Assembly: GCA_046757525.1 (NCBI GenBank) | Contig: JBHHYI010000053.1 | Coordinates: 1 to 24,051 of the forward strand | Source of the DNA: a bacterium | GTDB lineage: Bacteria; Zhuqueibacterota; Zhuqueibacteria; Oceanimicrobiales; Oceanimicrobiaceae | Direction: 5' to 3' | Length of the DNA stretch: 24,051 nucleotides | Shown: positions 16,328-24,012 of the stretch, in pieces | Position numbering within the stretch: position 1 is the first letter of the stretch | How the letters are laid out: each line of letters begins with the position of its first letter | Translations under genes and position numbers: made by a program | Notes under the pieces: model-generated | What the model saw: only the letters and a program-made list of their open reading frames with translations | What the model was told of the DNA's origin: nothing | The model's database searches: none

Positions 16328-16855
16328 ATGCCACAGAAGAACTACCCTCAAGTCCTGATCGCCGGTGTGGGAAATGTCCTGCGCCAGGACGACGGTTTTG
16401 GGGTCGAAGTGGCGCGGCAACTGCAAAAGAGGGCAGACTTGCCCGATTGCGTCAAGGTGGTCGAAACCGGAATCGGTGGCATCAGTCTGGTGCAGGAATT
16501 GTACGACGGTTACGAGACCCTGCTTTTGGTCGATGTGGTTTCCAACGAAGGGAATCCCGGACAGATTTTCATGCTGGAAGCTAAAGTGGGGGATATTGCA
16601 GACTGGCCCATCCAAGAAAAGAGAGATTTTCTGGCAGATATGCATTACACTGACCCCAATCGCGCGTTGATGCTTGCCAAGGCATTGGACGTATTGCCCC
16701 GGTCAGTTTATATCGTAGGCTGCCAGCCTCTTGAATGCGGTGATTTCAAGCTCGGTTTGAGTGAAGAAATCCAAAACGCCGTTCCAAGAGCCGTTGAGCA
16801 CATAATGGCCTGGATTTCTGCGTTTTACCAAAGCCAACAAAGTCTGGAATCGTAA
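16328..16855 (+). CDS. Hydrogenase maturation endopeptidase (HybD/HupD family)
   Basis: AGVGNVLRQDDGFG, LLLVD, DMH, IVGCQP and LGLS. Start taken at ATG 16328. Confidence 0.9.
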   Translation: MPQKNYPQVLIAGVGNVLRQDDGFGVEVARQLQKRADLPDCVKVVETGIGGISLVQELYDGYETLLLVDVVSNEGNPGQIFMLEAKVGDIADWPIQEKRDFLADMHYTDPNRALMLAKALDVLPRSVYIVGCQPLECGDFKLGLSEEIQNAVPRAVEHIMAWISAFYQSQQSLES

Positions 16856-16872
16856 AGAAAGAGAGGTACAAA

Positions 16873-17775
16873 ATGAACCCCAAAGTTCCCAACGAAGACA
16901 TCAAAGTTCCAAAGCGCGTCGCCGTTCACATCAGAGACCTGATTGACCCGATCGTGGTGCGCAGGACCACGATTGCAAAGCTAACTGTTGGAGCCGTGGC
17001 GGTGCTTGCTGTTGGCGTTTTGGCCTGGCGGCTCTTTCTTGCTCCGCCCAGTGGAAAAGAGCTTCTCGCCGAGGTGGTGGCTGCAGCCGGTGGCATGGAA
17101 AATTGGAACCGGATCGAAGTAGGAACCTATACCCGCGTCAGGACCGTTTTTGACGAGGATGGACGGCCAATCCGTCAAGAACCTTCCACTTATTATTTTC
17201 GCAAAGGGTCCAAAGAGTATGGTTTGGTAGTGGAGACAGTGACAAGTGAGGGGCCAATCAAAATTGGTTTTGATGGCAAACAATACTGGGCCACAAAGAA
17301 CGGCCTGTCGGTGCCGCCGGAACCTTTAGCCCGTCAGCAAGGGTACATGTGCGACTCCGACAAATGCACCCCTCTGTGTGCTGCTGAAATGTCCTTTTAC
17401 CGCTTCTCTATGCCGTTTAAGCTCATAGACCCTGGCGCCATCCCCAAATATATCGGAGCAGATATGCTCAACGGGAGTTCTGTTTCACTGTTACAAATCA
17501 CCTTTGATCCCAGTGTGGGAAAAGATCGCTGGGTTCTCTTTGTCGACAACAAAACCAAACTCATTGACAAAATTGAACACTACGCGAGCATAAATGGAGA
17601 TGTTCCTCCTGAAGAGATTTACTGGTCTGACCACCGCACAGAGTTTGGCATAACCTTCAGTCACAAGAACACCTATTATCGCAGCAACGGCAAGAAATTA
17701 GAGGAATATGAAATAAGAAATGTAGATTTCAGGTCTGCTATTCCTGACGAGAAATTTCAGAAACCGGGTGCTTGA
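16873..17775 (+). CDS. Membrane-anchored periplasmic LolA-like beta-rich protein with a CxxxxCxxxC motif
   Basis: One TM helix, AAGGMENW, GFDGKQYW, DNKTKLI, YWSDHR...GITF and IPDEKFQKP, typical of LolA-like fold proteins. Insertion MCDSDKCTPLC. Confidence 0.6.
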   Translation: MNPKVPNEDIKVPKRVAVHIRDLIDPIVVRRTTIAKLTVGAVAVLAVGVLAWRLFLAPPSGKELLAEVVAAAGGMENWNRIEVGTYTRVRTVFDEDGRPIRQEPSTYYFRKGSKEYGLVVETVTSEGPIKIGFDGKQYWATKNGLSVPPEPLARQQGYMCDSDKCTPLCAAEMSFYRFSMPFKLIDPGAIPKYIGADMLNGSSVSLLQITFDPSVGKDRWVLFVDNKTKLIDKIEHYASINGDVPPEEIYWSDHRTEFGITFSHKNTYYRSNGKKLEEYEIRNVDFRSAIPDEKFQKPGA

Positions 17776-17789
17776 GAGGAGAGCCTGCG

Positions 17790-18572
17790 ATGAAGATAGC
17801 TGTCGCCGGAAAAGGCGGGTCTGGTAAAACCACCATCGCTGGTACCTTGGCTCGGCTGTTGGCGCGGAAGCACTTAGGCAATCTCGTGGCCATTGATGGC
17901 GACTCGAATCCAAATTTGGCCCTGACCCTGGGTTTGTCTCGACGCCAGAACGAAGCCATCAAACCCATGCCCCGTTCAGTAGTGGAAAGAGTGACCAACG
18001 AAGAAGGGAAGCCGAGACTGCGGTTGACAAAAAAGCCGGATGAGATAATAGATGAATATGGCATTAACACGCCTGACGGTGTCAAGCTATTGCTCATGGC
18101 TTCAGTTGACCACGCAGGTGCCGGCTGAATGTGCGGTGCTCATGCTGCCGTGCGCACATTGGTTACCGAAATGGTGGAGCAATACGACCGGTCGGCCGTC
18201 GTCGACATGGAAGCCGGTTTGGAGCATTTGAGCCGGGGGACAATCCGCAATGTCGACTGCACACTCATCATCATCGAACCCTACTTCAAATCCATGGAGA
18301 CCGGTGCACGTATGATCGCTCTGGCCAGGGAGTTAGGAATAAAACACCTATATTGCGTGGCTAATAAAGTTCGAGGTACAGAAGATGAGAGAGCCATTCG
18401 TGAATTCTGTGCCAAACGAGGCATGGAGCTGTTGGAATCGGTGCCCAACGATGAAGGGCTATTGATAGCAGACCGTTCCGACAAAGCCCCCCTGGATTAC
18501 GACAAGAATGGTGCGGCGGTCACAGCGGTTGCCAAAATAGCTGGCAAACTGTTGGAATTGCATGGGAATTGA
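17790..18572 (+). CDS. cooC: CooC/AcsF-type nickel-insertion ATPase, probable selenoprotein (in-frame TGA at 18126-18128, UxC motif)
   Basis: GKGGSGKTT Walker A and IDGDSNPNL, then HAGAG-TGA-MCGAH, DMEAGLEHLSRGT and NKVR. The two ORF-track pieces are contiguous and in frame and make one 260-aa CooC. The TGA aligns with the first Cys of HADTGCLC in the paralog at 19924. Confidence 0.8.
18128..18160 (+). promoter_or_regulatory. Candidate bacterial SECIS-like hairpin
   Basis: AATGTGCG (18128-18135) is the exact reverse complement of CGCACATT (18153-18160). An inner GUGC-UCAU-GCUGC hairpin is possible. It starts at the UGA. Confidence 0.5.
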
Positions 18573-18575
18573 TTG

Positions 18576-18959
18576 ATGTCGAAAGACAATCCGATTTATT
18601 GGCAGGACGAAATATTACAGATACTGTACTGGATGCGTGGTGAAGGTCTGGGGGAGGTCGTTTCCTTGCGACACGTAATGCAGTTCCTCAATGTCCAAAA
18701 GTGGGTTCTGAGAGAGAATATCCAGCGTTTGGTGGACATTGGCTATCTTGGCTATGCAGGTAAGCAAGCAGACGGCGTCGAGCGGGTTCGGCTGACAAAG
18801 AGGGGCATTGAGGAGGGCAAGAGAAGATTCCTGGACGAATTTGAGCCTTACCTGGGTCATGAAAGCCACCTCGTGTGTGATGACCCGGATTGTGACTGCC
18901 ACGATCCCGATTGGCAAGGCACCTGCACCCATTTGGCCGATAGGCATTTTGATCACTAA
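18576..18959 (+). CDS. Winged-helix-like protein with a Cys/His-rich metal-binding tail
   Basis: LVDIGYL...VRLTKRGIEEG is a wing/LTxxG pattern. The tail is HESHLVCDDPDCDCHDPDWQGTCTHLADRHFDH. Confidence 0.7.
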   Translation: MSKDNPIYWQDEILQILYWMRGEGLGEVVSLRHVMQFLNVQKWVLRENIQRLVDIGYLGYAGKQADGVERVRLTKRGIEEGKRRFLDEFEPYLGHESHLVCDDPDCDCHDPDWQGTCTHLADRHFDH

Positions 18960-19031
18960 TTAGAGCCGTATTGAAGTGTCACTGATTGAAATCGATCTAT
19001 CCTTGCATGTTTAACAGTTGACTTACTAAGG

Positions 19032-19886
19032 ATGGACAAAACTGCCCGCCTGCCACGTAGAGCCCTGGTTACGGATTCACAGGAACTAACTCCTACCGGC
19101 ACCTTTTTGGTTTCTTTTCAGGTCGTCGATGATGAGCCTTTTGATTTCGAACCGTGTGAATTCGTGGCAATCGATTGTGAGAACAAGAAATATGGGTACC
19201 GACGCAGCCCCTATTGTATTTTTTCTTCCCCAGATGCGGACCGCACCTTTGCACTCCTGGCGCGCAGAATTACCAACGGGCCTGTGTCTCTATTTCTTGG
19301 TAAACTAAACGTTGGAGATGTGATCAGCTTTAGGGGACCAACCGGGCCTTCTATGGTTCCCACGGAACCGGACACAGAACTGGTTCTGTTGGCTACCGGC
19401 GTGGGAGTGAGTCCTTTTCATTCTCTGGTTCACTACTTGTTACCCCGTGGTTTTAAACGACGGATCCAGCTTTATTGGGGACTCCGCCTCCAGGGAGATA
19501 TTTGTCTTTTGGATGATTTGGATGAATTACAGTCGAGGTATTCGAATTTCACCTATGAGATTTCGCTTTCTCGACCTGCCCCTGATTGGCAAGGTCTTCG
19601 AGGACGGGTAACCGAGTCTGTGCCGCCGCTGCTCAAATCGTTGCGTAACACGCACTTCTACTTGTGTGGCAACGGAGCCATGATCGCGGAAATGTCTGCG
19701 GTGCTCTCTGAATTAGGTATCCCAAAAAGTTTGTTGTTTGAAGAGTATTTTTTCAACTTTCACCATGTACCCGGACCGAGGAAATTGAACGCACTGCGGT
19801 CTCGTTTTATCGCACACGATTTGTTTTCACCAATCGATCAGGCGTTGGAGGCTATCAAGAGCTTGCATTCTTCAGAAGAATCTTGA
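19032..19886 (+). CDS. FAD/NAD(P)-binding oxidoreductase, ferredoxin-reductase (FNR-like) family
   Basis: RSPYCI (RxYS-like), GPVS, GPTG, LATGVGVSP, LYWGLR, YLCGNGAMI and EEYF. Confidence 0.85.
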   Translation: MDKTARLPRRALVTDSQELTPTGTFLVSFQVVDDEPFDFEPCEFVAIDCENKKYGYRRSPYCIFSSPDADRTFALLARRITNGPVSLFLGKLNVGDVISFRGPTGPSMVPTEPDTELVLLATGVGVSPFHSLVHYLLPRGFKRRIQLYWGLRLQGDICLLDDLDELQSRYSNFTYEISLSRPAPDWQGLRGRVTESVPPLLKSLRNTHFYLCGNGAMIAEMSAVLSELGIPKSLLFEEYFFNFHHVPGPRKLNALRSRFIAHDLFSPIDQALEAIKSLHSSEES

Positions 19887-19923
19887 ACATGGCCCTCATT
19901 AATGCAATAATCACGAAATCGCG

Positions 19924-21045
19924 ATGAGAATTGCCATTGCAGGCAAAGGGGGCGTGGGCAAGACAACCCTTACGGCATTGTTGGCACTTGGACTCTTTGA
20001 AAAGGGCTACCAAACCCTGGCTGTTGACTCTGACGCCAATCCCAATTTAGGGTTATCTCTGGGCGTTTCTCCTGAAGAGGCAAGTGCAATAAAGACCCTG
20101 TTAGAGTTGAACGAGGATTCCTCTTTGCATTCCTTCCGGAAGGGGAAGGATTTGAGAGAGTTTAGCTACAAGACCCCGGCCGGCGTTTCGCTGACTGTGC
20201 TTGGAAGGGTTAACCACGCGGACACCGGATGTTTGTGTCGTGCCTATCAGCTATTGAGTCGGATGTTCGAGATGTGGGGACGGAACCACGAGATCATGGT
20301 GTTGGCAGACATGGCTGCCGGTTTGGAATATATGAAGCGTGGAGCTGTGCGGTACATCGATGCCTTGCTGGTGGTGGCAGAGCCGTACTTCCGGTCCATG
20401 CAATCTGCCGTGCAGCTCAAGAACCTGGCTGAGCAGTTAAACATCAAACACGTTTACGGCGTAATCAACAAGGTTCGAGATGAGGAAGATCAGCGGCTGG
20501 TGGAAGAATTCTTCAGCAATAACAAATTGAAGTTGATTGCCAGTTTACCATTCGATGAACGATTGGCGGAAGCCCATGACCTGACTGTGACAAGCGGGGA
20601 TGCTGTGTGGGCACCGGTGAGAAAAGTTATTTCACAGATCGAGTCTGATCACAGAGCAAATCTGCTGAGCCATCTTATCTTCTCCTTGTCTGAAAAGTTT
20701 TTGCTGGCAACGCCCTCGGACCTGAGCCAGCGAGAGATTTTGGCGGTGCGGTATCTGGCAAAGGAAGGGCAGATGACTATGAGTGAGCTTGCCAGGTCTA
20801 TCAAGGCAGCTTACAGCACCGCCACGGCTGTGATTGATAATCTCGCTCGTAAGAAATTCGTGCGAAGAGTTTCTGGCGCGCAGGACAGGCGGGTCGTCTT
20901 GGTTAGCCTGAGCGATTCCGGAAAGGAGTTTTACAAGGACCATGTGGACGCCTACGAGAACCTGATTAGAACAATGACCCGTTCGCTGAATAAAGAGGAA
21001 GAATCGAAGCTGCTAAAATTGGTTCAGAAAATTAGCACGAAGTAA
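19924..21045 (+). CDS. CooC-type ATPase fused to a C-terminal MarR winged-helix regulator
   Basis: N-terminal GKGGVGKTT, DSDANPNL, GCLC, DMAAGLEY and NKVR. C-terminal MTMSELA...STATAVIDNLARKKFVRR...DRRVVLVSLSDSG is the MarR signature. Single uninterrupted ORF. Confidence 0.85.
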   Translation: MRIAIAGKGGVGKTTLTALLALGLFEKGYQTLAVDSDANPNLGLSLGVSPEEASAIKTLLELNEDSSLHSFRKGKDLREFSYKTPAGVSLTVLGRVNHADTGCLCRAYQLLSRMFEMWGRNHEIMVLADMAAGLEYMKRGAVRYIDALLVVAEPYFRSMQSAVQLKNLAEQLNIKHVYGVINKVRDEEDQRLVEEFFSNNKLKLIASLPFDERLAEAHDLTVTSGDAVWAPVRKVISQIESDHRANLLSHLIFSLSEKFLLATPSDLSQREILAVRYLAKEGQMTMSELARSIKAAYSTATAVIDNLARKKFVRRVSGAQDRRVVLVSLSDSGKEFYKDHVDAYENLIRTMTRSLNKEEESKLLKLVQKISTK

Positions 21046-21058
21046 TTTTTTTTGGCAT

Positions 21059-21081
21059 AGTATTTCGAAAAGTGAAATATT
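21059..21081. promoter_or_regulatory. Palindromic operator candidate (MarR-type)
   Basis: TATTTC-N7-GAAATA inverted repeat (21061-21079) just after the CooC-MarR stop and upstream of the TonB receptor. Confidence 0.45.
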
Positions 21082-21168
21082 CGGAGATGAAAACATTGCG
21101 TGCGGTAGATTAATCGGAGCTGTCGATCTCAATTAACTATTTATTTGATTTTTAAGGAGGGGAGTAAA

Positions 21169-23238
21169 ATGCAACGATCACTGAGGCTGTTTTGGAGCAT
21201 GTTTTTGGTACTTTGTATGATTCCAGCTTTAGCAAGAAGCTCAGGCAAAATCGCCGGTACAGTCGTTGCCAAAGGCAGCCACGAGCCATTATCAAACGCA
21301 AATGTAATCTTGATCGGCACCGGTCTTGGCACCTCAAGTCAAAGGGATGGCCGTTTCTCGATATCGAACGTGCCTGCTGGGAATTACGAGATTCGCGTTG
21401 CCTTCATCGGTTACGAAATCGAGAATCGGTCCATATCCGTGAAAGACGGAGAAACTTTAACTCTGAGCTTTGCACTGGAACCCCGACCGCTTCAGTTAGA
21501 TGAGGTTCGCGTCGAAGCGATTCGGGAGAGGGCTGAGCAACCTATCTCTATTGATGTTGTGACCGAAGAGGAGATTAAGCAAAGCCGGCATGTTGGCGCT
21601 TACGACATATTCAAAGCGACGCCAGGCGTACACATTATGCAAGGTCATGCCATCGGGTTTGGACTCGCGAACAAGGGAGCGGGTCGCGTTTTGATCCGTG
21701 GTTTAGGTCGGCGTGCGGGCGGAGATGTCCGGATTCGTGGAATCCAGGTTCTGGTCGATGGCATGCCAGACTTTTCGCAATCCCACGGCCATCCCTTCCC
21801 GGATGTTCACGCCGTGGACAACATTGAAAAGATTGAAATCATCAAAGGGCCCGCTTCGGTTCGCTACGGCAACGCCATGGCCGGGGCGATCATCATGACA
21901 ACAAAAACCCCTGAGCCAGGACTGACTTACTATGTTAAGGGTTCTGGCGGGAGTTATGCCACGACGGAAAACCTGGGACGCATTGGCTATGGAGCACAGA
22001 ACGGCTACATTCAAGTGAGCGGCAACGTTCGTCACACCGACGGGCACCGCGACGATGCTGATGATGCCCTCACGGCCTACAATGGAAGTTTAAAAGCAGG
22101 ATATCACTTGCGAGAGAATCTCAAGTTGTCCGTTAACACCATGGGCGGAAAGTTTAAATGGGACAATCCTGGTCCCGGTGGTCTTCCAGGCGGCAAAACC
22201 AACTGGGTGATGTCAGATTTGAACTTGAACTACGCGTTTTCTCGGCACGCAGCTTCCTTGAAACTCTGGACCGTCCACGGTACGGCTAAGTTCAAGAATG
22301 GTCTGGATGAACCCAATACCTCTTTTGGCATAAAATCAAAAACGAATATCGCTTATACCCGAGGTGGCAACCTGACCCTGGGATTTGAGTGGATGAATTA
22401 CAATATTGGCCGAGAGAATGCGACCAGCGACGTTTCGCAGGGCCATTTCAACGAGGTCGCCCCTTACTTTTTGTTGAAACAAGAGGTGTCGGCTCAGGTC
22501 TTATTTGAGGCTGGCCTCAGATTTACTCATAATGAACAATTTGGCGAAGACGTGTCCCCAGAATTTGGCATTCTGTACAAACCACAGCCTCAGACAGCTT
22601 TGCGAACGCGAGTTGCTCACGGTTTCCGAACGCCAAACGCCTTTGAAACGACCTTTGGCGGTAATTCAAATCCCAATTTGGATGCTGCCGATCTTTGGCA
22701 AGTTGAGGCCGGAGTCAACCAGACATTTGGCGACCGGGTGACAATAGATTTCACCGGCTTTGTCCAGAAAGGGGATAATATGATTGTGGTTCGACCCGAC
22801 GAGAATTCACCCACAGGTTCCAGATTTACAAATTCTGGCAATTTCTCCCACAAGGGCATTGAGGCTGCGCTTAGCATTCGAGCAGCTCGAAACCTGGCGT
22901 TTTCTGCAACGACCACAAATCTCGACCCTGAAAACGATACGGCCCTGGTGCCCCAAAACGTTTATACCTTTGGTTTGACTTACACCCCTGCCAGCTTCAC
23001 TCTGGAGCTCAATGGTCAATGGGTTACTGAGCTTTACAACAACGACAACCAAAAAAACAAACTCGACAATTTCTTTGTTTTGGATTTTCAGGGCAGTTAT
23101 CGCGCAAGTAGCGCATTCAGCATTTTTGCTGCGGTAGACAATCTCTTGGATGAAAGCTATGAGCTGATCCGAGGATTTCCGCGGCCGGGAGCCTCGATTT
23201 TTGCAGGAATCAGCATTAATGGACGTAAACCAAGATAG
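21169..23238 (+). CDS. TonB-dependent receptor with N-terminal carboxypeptidase-like domain; candidate Ni/Co uptake receptor
   Basis: Signal peptide, GKIAGTV...PLSNANV...DGRFSISNVPAGNYEIRVAFIGY, plug IRG...VLVDG..., His-rich SHGHPFPDVH, IEIIKGPASVRYG, GFRTP and VDNLLDESY. AAGGAGG RBS. Confidence 0.88.
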   Translation: MQRSLRLFWSMFLVLCMIPALARSSGKIAGTVVAKGSHEPLSNANVILIGTGLGTSSQRDGRFSISNVPAGNYEIRVAFIGYEIENRSISVKDGETLTLSFALEPRPLQLDEVRVEAIRERAEQPISIDVVTEEEIKQSRHVGAYDIFKATPGVHIMQGHAIGFGLANKGAGRVLIRGLGRRAGGDVRIRGIQVLVDGMPDFSQSHGHPFPDVHAVDNIEKIEIIKGPASVRYGNAMAGAIIMTTKTPEPGLTYYVKGSGGSYATTENLGRIGYGAQNGYIQVSGNVRHTDGHRDDADDALTAYNGSLKAGYHLRENLKLSVNTMGGKFKWDNPGPGGLPGGKTNWVMSDLNLNYAFSRHAASLKLWTVHGTAKFKNGLDEPNTSFGIKSKTNIAYTRGGNLTLGFEWMNYNIGRENATSDVSQGHFNEVAPYFLLKQEVSAQVLFEAGLRFTHNEQFGEDVSPEFGILYKPQPQTALRTRVAHGFRTPNAFETTFGGNSNPNLDAADLWQVEAGVNQTFGDRVTIDFTGFVQKGDNMIVVRPDENSPTGSRFTNSGNFSHKGIEAALSIRAARNLAFSATTTNLDPENDTALVPQNVYTFGLTYTPASFTLELNGQWVTELYNNDNQKNKLDNFFVLDFQGSYRASSAFSIFAAVDNLLDESYELIRGFPRPGASIFAGISINGRKPR

Positions 23239-23315
23239 TCGCGATAGTGGAGAGTCGGTGCGTGAAGTCAGCGTCCAGTCATTTTGAATTTTTGGGTCGC
23301 ACGAAAGATTTTCAC

Positions 23316-23344
23316 TTGACTTTTCCAATTTGTTAACCTATATT
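23316..23344 (+). promoter_or_regulatory. sigma70 promoter for the riboswitch leader
   Basis: TTGACT-17 nt-TATATT immediately upstream of the riboswitch. Confidence 0.6.
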
Positions 23345-23359
23345 AACATCACAAAATTT

Positions 23360-23545
23360 AACGGACACGGGTAATCTCGTCCGGCAACTGCCGGATCGGG
23401 AAATGGAAGCCGGTGAGAGACCGGCGCTGCCCCGCAACTGTAAGCAGCTACGAAAGCCCCGAAAAGCCACTGTCCGGCTACTGACGGATGGGAAGGCAAG
23501 GCCAGTAGGTTTGAAGCTGCAAGCCAGGAGACCTGCCTGTGGAAT
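23360..23545 (+). ncRNA. Cobalamin (AdoCbl) riboswitch
   Basis: Conserved elements in the expected order: GGAAxxxGGTGAxAxxCCxxxxCTGCCCCGCAACTGT, GCCACTG, GGGAAGG and the B12 box AGCCAGGAGACCTGCC. Confidence 0.92.
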
Positions 23546-23581
23546 CCTTCGAGGGAAGGGATGAGCAAGAATTGACACAAC

Positions 23582-23621
23582 AACCCCAATTTCCGAACCC
23601 CGGAGGTTGGGGTTTTTATTT
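23582..23621 (+). terminator. Riboswitch expression-platform terminator
   Basis: AACCCCAATTTCCG-aaccc-CGGAGGTTGGGGTT followed by TTTATTT. Confidence 0.75.
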
Positions 23622-23669
23622 GCCTGCAACCGGTATCAAAAATCCCTACCTCTTTGCCACAGCAGTCCT

Positions 23670-24012
23670 GGCCTGTGAAAATTTGGGCTACCTAAAAGCG
23701 CTGCGCACGCTTTAGGTGCTTTTACAGGACGGAAACGACCGAAGCGTTTCTCAGAAGCCCTGTGCGAGTCATCCCGAGTAGGTCACCGCTTCTCAGGTGA
23801 CTGTATCGAGGGGTGACGGGCGTCGCCCTTTGATACGTCCCGACCCAACAAGCGTTCGGGACCTCAAACGGTGACCTTCTTTGAGAAGGTTACTGTTTGA
23901 CAACCCATTAGACTCTTGTCACAAGTATTTGACTATACAGGGCTTGCAAAGAATCCCCCTTTTTGAAGGGGGACGGTTTTTGAAGCGTCCAGCGAGAAAA
24001 TTAGGGGGATTT
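23670..24012. repeat. Array of REP-like palindromic hairpins
   Basis: CCTAAAAGCG/CGCTTTAGG, GTCACC/GGTGAC, GTATCGAGGGG/CCCTTTGATAC, GTCCCGA/TCGGGAC, GGTGACCTTCT/AGAAGGTTACT, and TCCCCCTT/AAGGGGGA plus AGGGGGATTT. Confidence 0.6.

Noticed and set aside
18126..18128. Genome-wide TGA recoding (code 4/25) or a simple pseudogene as the explanation for the cooC TGA
   Set aside because: TGA ends many genes here at their expected termini (for example mnmA and the large subunit). Both cooC halves are intact and the TGA falls exactly on a conserved Cys, so Sec is preferred. A nonsense mutation is not excluded.
23670..24012. CRISPR array or tRNA in the terminal hairpin region
   Set aside because: No identical direct repeats with regular spacers, and no cloverleaf or T-loop consensus.
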